Source: Nitrososphaerota archaeon (GTDB taxonomy: Archaea > Thermoproteota > Nitrososphaeria > Nitrososphaerales > UBA57). Taken from it: DNA of 32,000 bases. Made by a program: the position numbers and the translations under genes. The notes under the pieces are model-generated. The model worked only from the letters and a program-made list of their open reading frames with translations, searched no databases and was not told the DNA's origin. The stretch spans positions 30,001 through 62,000 of the forward strand of contig PAVW01000009.1 of assembly GCA_002713205.1 (NCBI GenBank). The letters are read 5' to 3'. Positions 8,779 to 16,097 of the stretch are shown here, one piece after another (the first letter of the stretch is position 1; each line of letters opens with the position of its first letter).

Positions 8779-9628
8779 TGAATTTTTTTCTCCGCATTTC
8801 TTTAACCATGTCTTTTACAGTTACTATTACATTGTCAAAATCATAATTTGACTTTGCTAGATTTCTATACAATCTGCTAATTACTGGTATTCCAATTTCA
8901 GGTATTAATTGATTTGAATAATGGAGAACCTGTTTTGGATTATTGTTTTCTATTATTTTTCCATTTGATAAAATAATTAATTTATCTGCAATTCCTACAA
9001 CTAAATCTAATCTATGTTCTACTATTACTATTGTCATTCCAATTTTTTTACGTAAATCATTTACAATATTAATAAAATCTATTGCAGTTTTTGGATCGAG
9101 TAATGATGTAGGTTCGTCTAAAATTAAAATTTTGGGTTGCATAGCTAATATGCCTGCTAAAGCTGCCTTTTGTTTTTCTCCATCTGATAATTCATGTGGT
9201 GCTTTAGTTGCCAGATGTTCAATTTTTAATAATGATAAGATTGAGTCTACTCTTTCTTTCATAATTGTTCTACTTGTGCCCAAGTTCTCTAATCCAAATA
9301 CAATATCTCTTTCAATTGAAAACATAAAGATTTGATTCTCTGGATTTTGAAATACAAATCCTGCTTTTTTTGCTAAATCAGTAATTTTTACATCATTTAC
9401 AACCAATTGATCCACAATTACTCTGCCTTTATATTCTCCACCATGCATGTGCGGAATTAACCCAATTATAGAACGTAGTAATGTAGATTTTCCACACCCA
9501 GTTGGACCTGCTAATATAACCAATTCATTTTTATTAATTTCGAGATTGATGTTTTTTAATATGAATTCATTTGCCGAGTCGTATCGAAATGAAAAATTTT
9601 CAAATTTTATAATTGATTTTTCTTTCAT
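8771..9628 (-). CDS. ecfA: ECF/ABC transporter ATP-binding protein (EcfA/CbiO-like)
   Basis: Walker A GPTGCGKST, signature LSDGEKQKAALA, Walker B LILDEPTS and H-loop VEHR are present. Confidence 0.9.
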   Translation of the reverse strand: MKEKSIIKFENFSFRYDSANEFILKNINLEINKNELVILAGPTGCGKSTLLRSIIGLIPHMHGGEYKGRVIVDQLVVNDVKITDLAKKAGFVFQNPENQIFMFSIERDIVFGLENLGTSRTIMKERVDSILSLLKIEHLATKAPHELSDGEKQKAALAGILAMQPKILILDEPTSLLDPKTAIDFINIVNDLRKKIGMTIVIVEHRLDLVVGIADKLIILSNGKIIENNNPKQVLHYSNQLIPEIGIPVISRLYRNLAKSNYDFDNVIVTVKDMVKEMRRKKFND

Positions 9629-9672
9629 AATTCATTCTATGAATACTATACAATTCAATAAAAATGCATTTT

Positions 9673-10083
9673 TTAGTTTGATTCTGGATTAGTAAGATTG
9701 GATTTATTGGCAAATTGTCTTATTTTTGCTTCTAATTCCTTTATATTTTCCATTACTCGTGTTTCTTGTTTCTTTAATAAAGTTAATTGAGAATTTCCCA
9801 AGTCTTTTGCTTCAGTTAACTCTTTAATTAGCGAGTCTTTATTCGCTTTTATCATAATAGTTCCAGCTGATTTGTAGACAGTGGTATTTTCATTAATTTT
9901 ATCTAATTCCTCTAACGCTTTATTAATTTCTAAAATTCGTAGATCTACTTGTTGCCTCTGCATTGGAATAGCTTCTAGAGTTTTCCGTAACTGCTCAAAT
10001 TTTACTAATTGTTCTTGTAATTGCGGAGATATATTTGGTGGTAAATCTGTAGAACTCATAACTACTAGTCGATTCTGATTCAA
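9673..10083 (-). CDS. pfdB: Prefoldin beta subunit
   Basis: Coiled-coil/beta-hairpin/coiled-coil layout: QLQEQLVKFEQLR..., then VYKSAGTIMIK, then a C-terminal coil. It sits in the exosome superoperon. The start may be the internal Met at 10059. Confidence 0.85.
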   Translation of the reverse strand: MNQNRLVVMSSTDLPPNISPQLQEQLVKFEQLRKTLEAIPMQRQQVDLRILEINKALEELDKINENTTVYKSAGTIMIKANKDSLIKELTEAKDLGNSQLTLLKKQETRVMENIKELEAKIRQFANKSNLTNPESN

Positions 10084-10096
10084 ATCTAATAAATCT

Positions 10097-10348
10097 TTAT
10101 GGTTGACTGATTACTTTATTTGCTAAAATTGCAGCTCGGGAATGTGATGCTAGTTTCGCTCTTAACTCAGAAACATCGTTTGCATGAATATTCATTATTA
10201 GGGTATTATTTTTGATTAGAATGTTATCCGGCTCATTTAAATCTTTTTTGATACTTGCTTTAATTAGCTTAGATATATTTTTGTCTTGATAAATTTTTAT
10301 AATTGCATTGCATTTGATTTTATATTTTTGTGGTTTCATATGCCCCAT
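10097..10348 (-). CDS. pcc1: KEOPS complex subunit Pcc1-like
   Basis: An ~80 aa protein with the C-terminal ANDVSELRAKLASHSRAAILANKVI segment, matching the A.D...LRA pattern of Pcc1. Its position between L37Ae and prefoldin beta is typical in archaea. It overlaps the rpl37ae 3' end by 29 nt (20 nt if the Met at 10339 is the start). Confidence 0.6.
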   Translation of the reverse strand: MGHMKPQKYKIKCNAIIKIYQDKNISKLIKASIKKDLNEPDNILIKNNTLIMNIHANDVSELRAKLASHSRAAILANKVISQP

Positions 10349-10535
10349 CTGCTATTTTAAAACCACATTTTGGACAATTCCAAATTCCAATTACTTTTCG
10401 TTTTAATTTAAGCGATCCGCATTGTGGACATGTTCGTTTCATTTTCAATGTTTGAATGACTTTTGCATGTTTTTTTCTAACTATTGATCCAAATCTTGGA
10501 CCTAATCCTGTTGACGATGAAATTTTACGACCCAT
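10320..10535 (-). CDS. rpl37ae: Large-subunit ribosomal protein L37Ae (eL43)
   Basis: Zinc ribbon CPQCGSLKLKRKVIGIWNCPKCGFKIADGAY with the N-terminal GRFG..VRK basic region. Length is 71 aa. Confidence 0.9.
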   Translation of the reverse strand: MGRKISSSTGLGPRFGSIVRKKHAKVIQTLKMKRTCPQCGSLKLKRKVIGIWNCPKCGFKIADGAYETTKI

Positions 10536-11350
10536 TATTTATCATTTTTTATTATTTTTTTTCTTATTTCTTCGCCTTTCTTTTTTGAAATTTCTATCAT
10601 TTCATTAAATTCTTTAAATGAAAATCCACCTGCTTTTCCTTTTTGCGCTGATACAAAATTACCTTTGTCATCAGTTACTAATGTTAATCTTGCTTCACAC
10701 ATTGTTTGTTCTTCTGCATTTGGATCTAAAAGAATTTTATCTCCTATTTTTACAAATGTAGTAGAAATTGGAAGTGAAAGTATTGGAAGTGGCTTTACTT
10801 TTTCTAATATTACTACCTTGTCATTTTCTATTTTAAATGTTGGCATAGTAGCTCCATGTAATGCCGCTGCTATTGCATACGAACAGGCATCGAATAGATT
10901 GCCATCTTCGTTAATTACTGCAATATCAATAAATACTGCAAAAACGTCTTCTCCTTCTCTAATTACTAGCTGTGGTAAATCGATCATTCCTGATTCACGT
11001 ATTCCTCGATCTGACACTCTGGAAAGTTCAATTGCATCTTCTGATGGTGGTCCGGGTTCAATAAATGCAGAACATATTGGAAGCAATTCTGCATTACATA
11101 TAATAATGCCTTTATCTGGTGTATCTGGAAAAGGTCTGCCCAATTCTACTTTTATACCTGCTAATACTTCACTATCGCCTATTTTTACGCTTGCTGATCC
11201 ACTTGTTTTTTGTAATACATTTGTTTCAATTGAAATTTCTCTATAGTCCAAAATTGCCCTACCATCTAATCTTTTTGATTGTTTCAAACTGTTTTCAATA
11301 TCAGTTCTTCTCATTGAATCTATAATTCTAATTTTTTTAACTGCTGGCAT
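10535..11350 (-). CDS. rrp42: Exosome complex component Rrp42 (RNase PH-like, non-catalytic)
   Basis: RLDGRAILDYREISIETNVLQKTSGSASVKIGDSEVLAGIK fits the RNase PH fold. Length of 271 aa and position after rrp41 also fit. Confidence 0.9.
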   Translation of the reverse strand: MPAVKKIRIIDSMRRTDIENSLKQSKRLDGRAILDYREISIETNVLQKTSGSASVKIGDSEVLAGIKVELGRPFPDTPDKGIIICNAELLPICSAFIEPGPPSEDAIELSRVSDRGIRESGMIDLPQLVIREGEDVFAVFIDIAVINEDGNLFDACSYAIAAALHGATMPTFKIENDKVVILEKVKPLPILSLPISTTFVKIGDKILLDPNAEEQTMCEARLTLVTDDKGNFVSAQKGKAGGFSFKEFNEMIEISKKKGEEIRKKIIKNDK

Positions 11351-11352
11351 AA

Positions 11353-12078
11353 TTAAACCCCTTTGTTTTTATTATTGTTGAAATATTTATTCATTAAAGC
11401 ATTTCTTTGTAATTCGTAGAGTTTTTTACAACCATTAGTTGCCATCTCTAAAGCCTGTTTAAATTCTTCTTCAGATAAACACCCATCTAATTGAAATAAG
11501 GTGATTGTGCCCAAATTGGGTAGTATGGATAGTGGCATGTCTGCTTCTCCTGTTTTATCCTCAACATCATCAACATCTAAGATTATTTTACCATCTGCTT
11601 TCCCAGCTGCACACGCAGTTATAAGATCTCGCATATTTATTCCAGCATCTGCTAAAGCCACGGACGCTGCATTTATAGCTGCGCATCTTGAACCTCCATC
11701 TGATTGTAATATTTCAATATAAACTTCTATTGCAGTTCTTGGATAATCTTCCATTATTATAGCAGGTTGGATTGCTTCTCGTATGACTTTTGATATTTCA
11801 ATTTCTCTTCTTGACAGGGATGGATTCTTTCTCGTATCCGTGGAAAATGGCATCATATGATAGCGACATTTTATTATTGCCTGATCATTTCTCATCATAT
11901 GTTTTGGATGGACTTCTTTTGGTCCAAATACTGCAGCAATTATTTTATTTTTACCAAATTCTATAATTGCTGAACCGTCTGCATTTTTAATTATTCCTGC
12001 TTTGATTGAAACTTTCCTTAATTCATCGGCTGCTCTTCCATTTGTTCTTATATAGTTATTTTTACTCATAATTTTCAC
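11353..12078 (-). CDS. rrp41: Exosome complex exonuclease Rrp41 (RNase PH-like, catalytic)
   Basis: RTNGRAADELRKVSIKAGIIKNADGSAIIEFGKNKIIAAVFGPKE is the RNase PH signature. Length is 241 aa, with a 4-nt overlap with rrp4. Confidence 0.9.
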   Translation of the reverse strand: MKIMSKNNYIRTNGRAADELRKVSIKAGIIKNADGSAIIEFGKNKIIAAVFGPKEVHPKHMMRNDQAIIKCRYHMMPFSTDTRKNPSLSRREIEISKVIREAIQPAIIMEDYPRTAIEVYIEILQSDGGSRCAAINAASVALADAGINMRDLITACAAGKADGKIILDVDDVEDKTGEADMPLSILPNLGTITLFQLDGCLSEEEFKQALEMATNGCKKLYELQRNALMNKYFNNNKNKGV

Positions 12079-12740
12079 TTTAGTAAATCATTTACTTTAT
12101 CATTAAGGTCTGGTAAATATGCTTGTTTTTCTATAATATTGATCACTTTTTTAATTTTTACTATTGATTCTTTTGCCCCATTAATAAAAATGACCCCATT
12201 TTGTCCTATATTCAATTTACATTTAGTATTTTCCTCTATTAATTTAATCATTGAACCTTTTTTACCAATTAATCTAGGTACTTGTGCCATTGAAATTTTA
12301 CAAATTTCTCCATTGCTAACTTTGCCCAATCCTGGTCCATATATTGATAATAATGGATCTCTCGTCCTATCAAACGATGCAATTTTAGCAATAAGACAAT
12401 CACCTGTTTTAAAATGACTAGCTAATGAATCTCTTGATGCAGAAAATGTTCTCCCTAAAACTGCAGATCCTTGTAAAATTCCAAAAAAGACTGAATTAAT
12501 ATCTACTTCCCACACAAATGCATTCGAATCTGCTACTATCCCGATTACTGTGTCATCTAATCTAGGATAATAAGTGCCATTTAATGGTATTACTCTTACA
12601 TCTTTTCTTACTATTTCTGCCATGCCTATTCTAGTACTTATTACTCTATTATTCCGTTTAATTGCATTAATAAGAGGTCTGTAATCTCCTTCGATTATAG
12701 TATCTCCAGGAATTACATACTTTCTTTCTATTGTTGACAT
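12075..12740 (-). CDS. rrp4: Exosome complex RNA-binding protein Rrp4 (S1 + KH domains)
   Basis: N-terminal VIPGD, a central S1-like region, and a KH motif RLIGKKGSMIK. Operon position also fits. Confidence 0.9.
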   Translation of the reverse strand: MSTIERKYVIPGDTIIEGDYRPLINAIKRNNRVISTRIGMAEIVRKDVRVIPLNGTYYPRLDDTVIGIVADSNAFVWEVDINSVFFGILQGSAVLGRTFSASRDSLASHFKTGDCLIAKIASFDRTRDPLLSIYGPGLGKVSNGEICKISMAQVPRLIGKKGSMIKLIEENTKCKLNIGQNGVIFINGAKESIVKIKKVINIIEKQAYLPDLNDKVNDLLK

Positions 12741-12741
12741 G

Positions 12742-13455
12742 TTAATTTATCTCTTCTGCACTTATATTTCCTTTTGTTAAAGAATTTAATCTATTTAATA
12801 ATGTTATCCTTGAACCTGCTGATAAATATACTTTTGTAATTAATGACCCGTCTGTTTGCCATTCTTCAGATTGGATTTCACCGAACGATTTAATTATGCC
12901 TATTGATTGTGGTGCAAATTGAGATGGGGTATTGATTTTTAGAATACTGCCTTCAGATTTCATCGGAATTATCTTTCTCAATTCATCTATTATTATTTTG
13001 ACTTGTTCGTCTACATTCTTGACTGGATCTATACTGATCCTAGCTTGTTGTAATGCTTGTTCAATTCTTTGTGGCGGGTGAGGAATATTTGTTTTAGGAT
13101 CAACATAATTTCTTGCTATAGTAGATACAATATTCTTACGTTTTTCTTCAATTTTTTGCTTCCTTTGTTGAGTAGTTAATAATAATTCACCTTTCTCTAG
13201 AATAATTTTTAAAGATTCTTGTAAATTATTTGATTTTAGGTGTTTTTTTAATTTTTCATCTGATGCACGTATGCCTTTATTTGCATCTGAATATATTTCA
13301 TCAAATGCAATTGCTTTATTATAATCTTTTACCTCGCCTTGTCTGAATTTTAAAGCGTAATTTGGATCTACTAGAATTTCAAAACGTTCACCTGCAGTTA
13401 ACAACCTGATTATCGTAAATTTTGATACAACATTTTTTCTCTGGAATTCTTTCAT
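12742..13455 (-). CDS. sdo1: SBDS-family ribosome maturation protein (Sdo1)
   Basis: N-terminal FYSH-like segment (RFEILVDPNYALKFRQGE) and 237 aa length fit. It is the first gene of the exosome superoperon, as in many archaea. Confidence 0.85.
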   Translation of the reverse strand: MKEFQRKNVVSKFTIIRLLTAGERFEILVDPNYALKFRQGEVKDYNKAIAFDEIYSDANKGIRASDEKLKKHLKSNNLQESLKIILEKGELLLTTQQRKQKIEEKRKNIVSTIARNYVDPKTNIPHPPQRIEQALQQARISIDPVKNVDEQVKIIIDELRKIIPMKSEGSILKINTPSQFAPQSIGIIKSFGEIQSEEWQTDGSLITKVYLSAGSRITLLNRLNSLTKGNISAEEIN

Positions 13456-13503
13456 TATATATTCATCAGCAATTATATTTGCATATAAATGCCATGATTT
13501 AAG

Positions 13504-13615
13504 CGGGTCCGAGGGGATTTCCGTAATTATGTCGGACCCCTGACCCCCGGGTTACTTTCCAAGGTTAAAAGCCCGGTGCTTTAGGACTTTAACTGCCTGA
13601 CTGAGCTACGGACCC
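13504..13615 (-). tRNA. tRNA-Lys (anticodon UUU, plus-strand 13567-13569) with three predicted introns
   Basis: Read on the minus strand, the acceptor is GGGTCCG/CGGACCC plus G73. The D arm GCTC-AGTCAGGCA-GAGC forms after removing 12 nt (13581-13592). The anticodon arm CCGGG-CTTTTAA-CCCGG carries a 13-nt insert at canonical 37/38 (13553-13565). T stem AGGGG/CCCCT encloses 20 nt (13517-13536), i.e. a 13-nt insert with hairpin TCCG/CGGA. The mature form is 74 nt. Confidence 0.8.
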
Positions 13616-13703
13616 ACGCCAATGATTTGATATTGGCTGTTATTATTATTTATTACAATAAGAATAATTATTTGAAATTCTTCATTTATTGAAAAATATT
13701 AAA

Positions 13704-13834
13704 CGCCCTGGGCGGGATTTTCAACAATTTGGTTATTCCAAATCGATATTCGAACCCGCGTCAGAAGAGTGACAGTCTCCTATGCTAGGCCGGGCTGTGC
13801 GGGCATTGTAACATTTCCTCTACACCACCAGGGC
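13704..13834 (-). tRNA. tRNA-Asp (anticodon GUC, plus-strand 13771-13773) with two predicted introns
   Basis: Read on the minus strand, the acceptor is GCCCTGG/CCAGGGC plus G73. An uninterrupted anticodon arm GGAGA-CTGTCAC-TCTTC is present. D stem GTGT/GCAT encloses 36 nt (13786-13821), giving an insert of about 27-28 nt. T stem GCGGG/CCCGC encloses 38 nt (13717-13754) that begin TTCGAAT, giving an insert of about 31 nt with hairpin CGATTTGG/CCAAATTG. Confidence 0.8.
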
Positions 13835-13905
13835 TATTACTCTCATTACAGTTTGAAACTATAACTTTTTCTTTTTATGCACATTTAATACATAAAAATG
13901 CCAAT

Positions 13906-14718
13906 ATGGATTTATTGAAAAAATATATAAATTTAAGTTTTGTTCAGTTTTCTCCTAAATTCGGCGATGTTGAATCTAATCTAAAAACTGCTTACCATTT
14001 AATTAATAAAGCAGAACCAGGTATTATTGTACTTCCTGAATTAATGAATACTGGATATAATTTTAAAAATATTTCTGAAGTAGCGAATTTATCTGAATCT
14101 GCAAGATATGGTAATACTTCTAAAATTTTAAATAAAATGTCGTTTGATTTGAAATCCACAATCATTGCTGGATTCTGTGAAAGATCTAATAATCGTTATT
14201 ATAATAGTGCTATGGTTCTGTCAAAGGGTAAATTCCTTGGTGTATATAGAAAAATTCATCTATTCTATAGAGAAAAACTTTGGTTCACAACTGGTAATTT
14301 GGGTTTCAAAATTTTTGAAGTTGATAATATTAAATTAGGAGTTATGATATGTTCCGATTGGATATGGCCAGAATCTGCACGAACTCTTGCACTTAAAGGA
14401 GCTGATGTTATTGCCCATCCTGCTAATTTGATTCTTAAAAGATTATGTCAACAAACTATGCCTGTGAGATGTTTTGAAAATCAAGTATATGCCGTAACTG
14501 CTAATAGAATTGGGAAAGAAACACGTGGTAGTGAATCATTTACATATACTGGTCAAAGTCAAATAGTTGCACCTGATATGAAAATTTTAACTCGTGCAAA
14601 TTCTAATGGAAATTCTGTACGTTCTGTGAAAGTAAATGTTTTTCGTTCACGAAATAAAAATATTCATAAAAGAAATAATATAATATTTGACAGACAAAAA
14701 CAATATTATTTATTATAG
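13906..14718 (+). CDS. Carbon-nitrogen hydrolase (nitrilase superfamily)
   Basis: The Glu-Lys-Cys triad context is present: VLPELMNTGY, YRKIHLF and GVMICSDWIWPE. Length is 270 aa. Substrate is unknown. Confidence 0.85.
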   Translation: MDLLKKYINLSFVQFSPKFGDVESNLKTAYHLINKAEPGIIVLPELMNTGYNFKNISEVANLSESARYGNTSKILNKMSFDLKSTIIAGFCERSNNRYYNSAMVLSKGKFLGVYRKIHLFYREKLWFTTGNLGFKIFEVDNIKLGVMICSDWIWPESARTLALKGADVIAHPANLILKRLCQQTMPVRCFENQVYAVTANRIGKETRGSESFTYTGQSQIVAPDMKILTRANSNGNSVRSVKVNVFRSRNKNIHKRNNIIFDRQKQYYLL

Positions 14719-14727
14719 CTTTATTTT

Positions 14728-15114
14728 TTACGTTTTTTCAAGATCAATAAATTTTTCTGTTTTTAAATTAAAAAATTGCCACGTTCCTCTTTTTTTATTT
14801 TTTACACTTCTTTTGTCAAATGTCCATGCAATTACTGGTGTCGCTCCTTTGTCTATTGCCCATTTTAATAAATATTTTCTTTCAATTTTATCTATATCGG
14901 TTAAATATTTTGAAACTTGAATGAACCATACTTTTGTCATTCTTCCTTTGCCTTTCTTTACAGAAACTATATCTATTGGAAAATATTTTTTACCATCGAC
15001 TTTGACCATTCCTGCTTTTGATCCAGATCCTCTAATTGCAAACCAATTATTTTTTCTTAATTTGGATAATAAATTGTGTTCACGACTTCTTCCTAAAATG
15101 TAAGAATTTACCAA
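14728..15114 (-). CDS. hjc: Holliday junction resolvase Hjc-like nuclease (variant active-site motif)
   Basis: It aligns by eye with Sulfolobus Hjc: GRSREHNLLSKLRKNNWFAIRGSGSK matches KGSAVERNIVSRLRDKGFAVVRAPASGS, and PIDIV matches PDIIA. However, IQVSK replaces the IEMKS (E-x-K) motif. Length is 128 aa. Confidence 0.55.
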   Translation of the reverse strand: MVNSYILGRSREHNLLSKLRKNNWFAIRGSGSKAGMVKVDGKKYFPIDIVSVKKGKGRMTKVWFIQVSKYLTDIDKIERKYLLKWAIDKGATPVIAWTFDKRSVKNKKRGTWQFFNLKTEKFIDLEKT

Positions 15115-15302
15115 TTATATGACCTTATAAACATGTTATGGAATAACTTTAAAATTATTAATATTGAATTTGACGGAATATGACCCATTAAATCCATTAC
15201 ATCTCCACAATTTACTCTATTTAGTAGGTTAATTCTGCTTTGCATTTCAATTAATACTCGTAATCTTCCTTTAGAAGCTAAAAAATGAATTATTTTTTCC
15301 AT
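15108..15302 (-). CDS. Hypothetical small protein (possible wHTH), upstream of and overlapping hjc by 7 nt
   Basis: 64-aa ORF with an ATG start and a stop overlapping the hjc start, which suggests coupling. The RLRVLIEM...GDVMDLMGHIPSNSILIILKLFHN pattern is weakly ArsR-like. No stronger support. Confidence 0.3.
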   Translation of the reverse strand: MEKIIHFLASKGRLRVLIEMQSRINLLNRVNCGDVMDLMGHIPSNSILIILKLFHNMFIRSYNW

Positions 15303-15429
15303 TATGGAATAACTTAATTGACTAATTATTAATCGAAATATTAAGGCGAATTAATAATGAATTTACATGAAAAATTATACTCTAAATTTGCTTTAATTTC
15401 ATATAATAAATTTTTACCGTGAATTTTAT

Positions 15430-16092
15430 TTGAAATCTTCATATTTTGATACTTTATTAGAATTGCTTATTCTAGGTGCAAAAAAACCAATTAAACTTTC
15501 TACATTTCAATTAGCTGAACGTATAAGTAAATCTCAACAATCAGCCTCTCAACATTTACTTTATTTGGAAAAATCAGGTTATATTGAGAGATTTAAAGAT
15601 ATTGACGGAACTTTTATCCAAATCACTGATAAAGGATTGAATTATTTGACTAACTTACATAATCAATTGCAAAATGCATTTGAAAAACATTCTGATTCTT
15701 TTCTATTTGAAGGAACTGTTTTTTCAGGATTAGGAGAAGGTGCATATTATGTTTCTTTATCAGGATATAAAAAACAATTTATTTCCAAACTTAATTTTGA
15801 ACCTTTTCCAGGCACATTGAATTTACGTCTAATTAATCCTATTCATCGGAAAATGAAATTACAATTGTCTAATAGTTCGTGTATTAATATTGATGGATTT
15901 ATTGATAAAAAAAGAACTTATGGAACTGCTAAATGCTTTCCTGCTTTGATAAATAATAAAGAACACGGGGCGGTATTAATTATAGAACGTACACATTATG
16001 ACAATTCTGTTTTAGAATTGATTTCTTCGGTTAATTTAAGAAAAAAATTACAATTACAAGATGGTCATTCTATTAACGTTAGTATTCTGTGA
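15430..16092 (+). CDS. ribK: Archaeal CTP-dependent riboflavin kinase fused to an N-terminal winged-HTH domain (RbkR-type architecture)
   Basis: The C-terminal domain has GLGEGAYYVS...FPGTLNLRL, typical of MJ0056-type riboflavin kinase. The N-terminal ~85 aa has the HTH segment LAERISKSQQSASQHLLYLEKSGYIER. TTG start. Confidence 0.8.
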   Translation: MKSSYFDTLLELLILGAKKPIKLSTFQLAERISKSQQSASQHLLYLEKSGYIERFKDIDGTFIQITDKGLNYLTNLHNQLQNAFEKHSDSFLFEGTVFSGLGEGAYYVSLSGYKKQFISKLNFEPFPGTLNLRLINPIHRKMKLQLSNSSCINIDGFIDKKRTYGTAKCFPALINNKEHGAVLIIERTHYDNSVLELISSVNLRKKLQLQDGHSINVSIL

Positions 16093-16097
16093 TCTTA

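Noticed and set aside
7402-9692. Plus-strand ORFs 7402-7695, 7714-8043, 8009-8452, 8943-9335 and 9447-9692
   Set aside because: All are antisense to the ecfT and ecfA genes, which carry unambiguous ABC/EcfT motifs. No motifs of their own were seen, so they are treated as shadow ORFs.
10665-12417. Plus-strand ORFs 10665-11246, 11119-11325, 11501-11722 and 12139-12417
   Set aside because: They are antisense to rrp42, rrp41 and rrp4. They are Ser/Ile/Leu-rich mirror-frame translations without motifs.
15303-15429. Search for an RbkR-type palindromic operator upstream of the wHTH-riboflavin kinase gene
   Set aside because: Only short TTAAT/ATTAA-type symmetries were found. These are not distinguishable from background in this AT-rich spacer without a known motif model.
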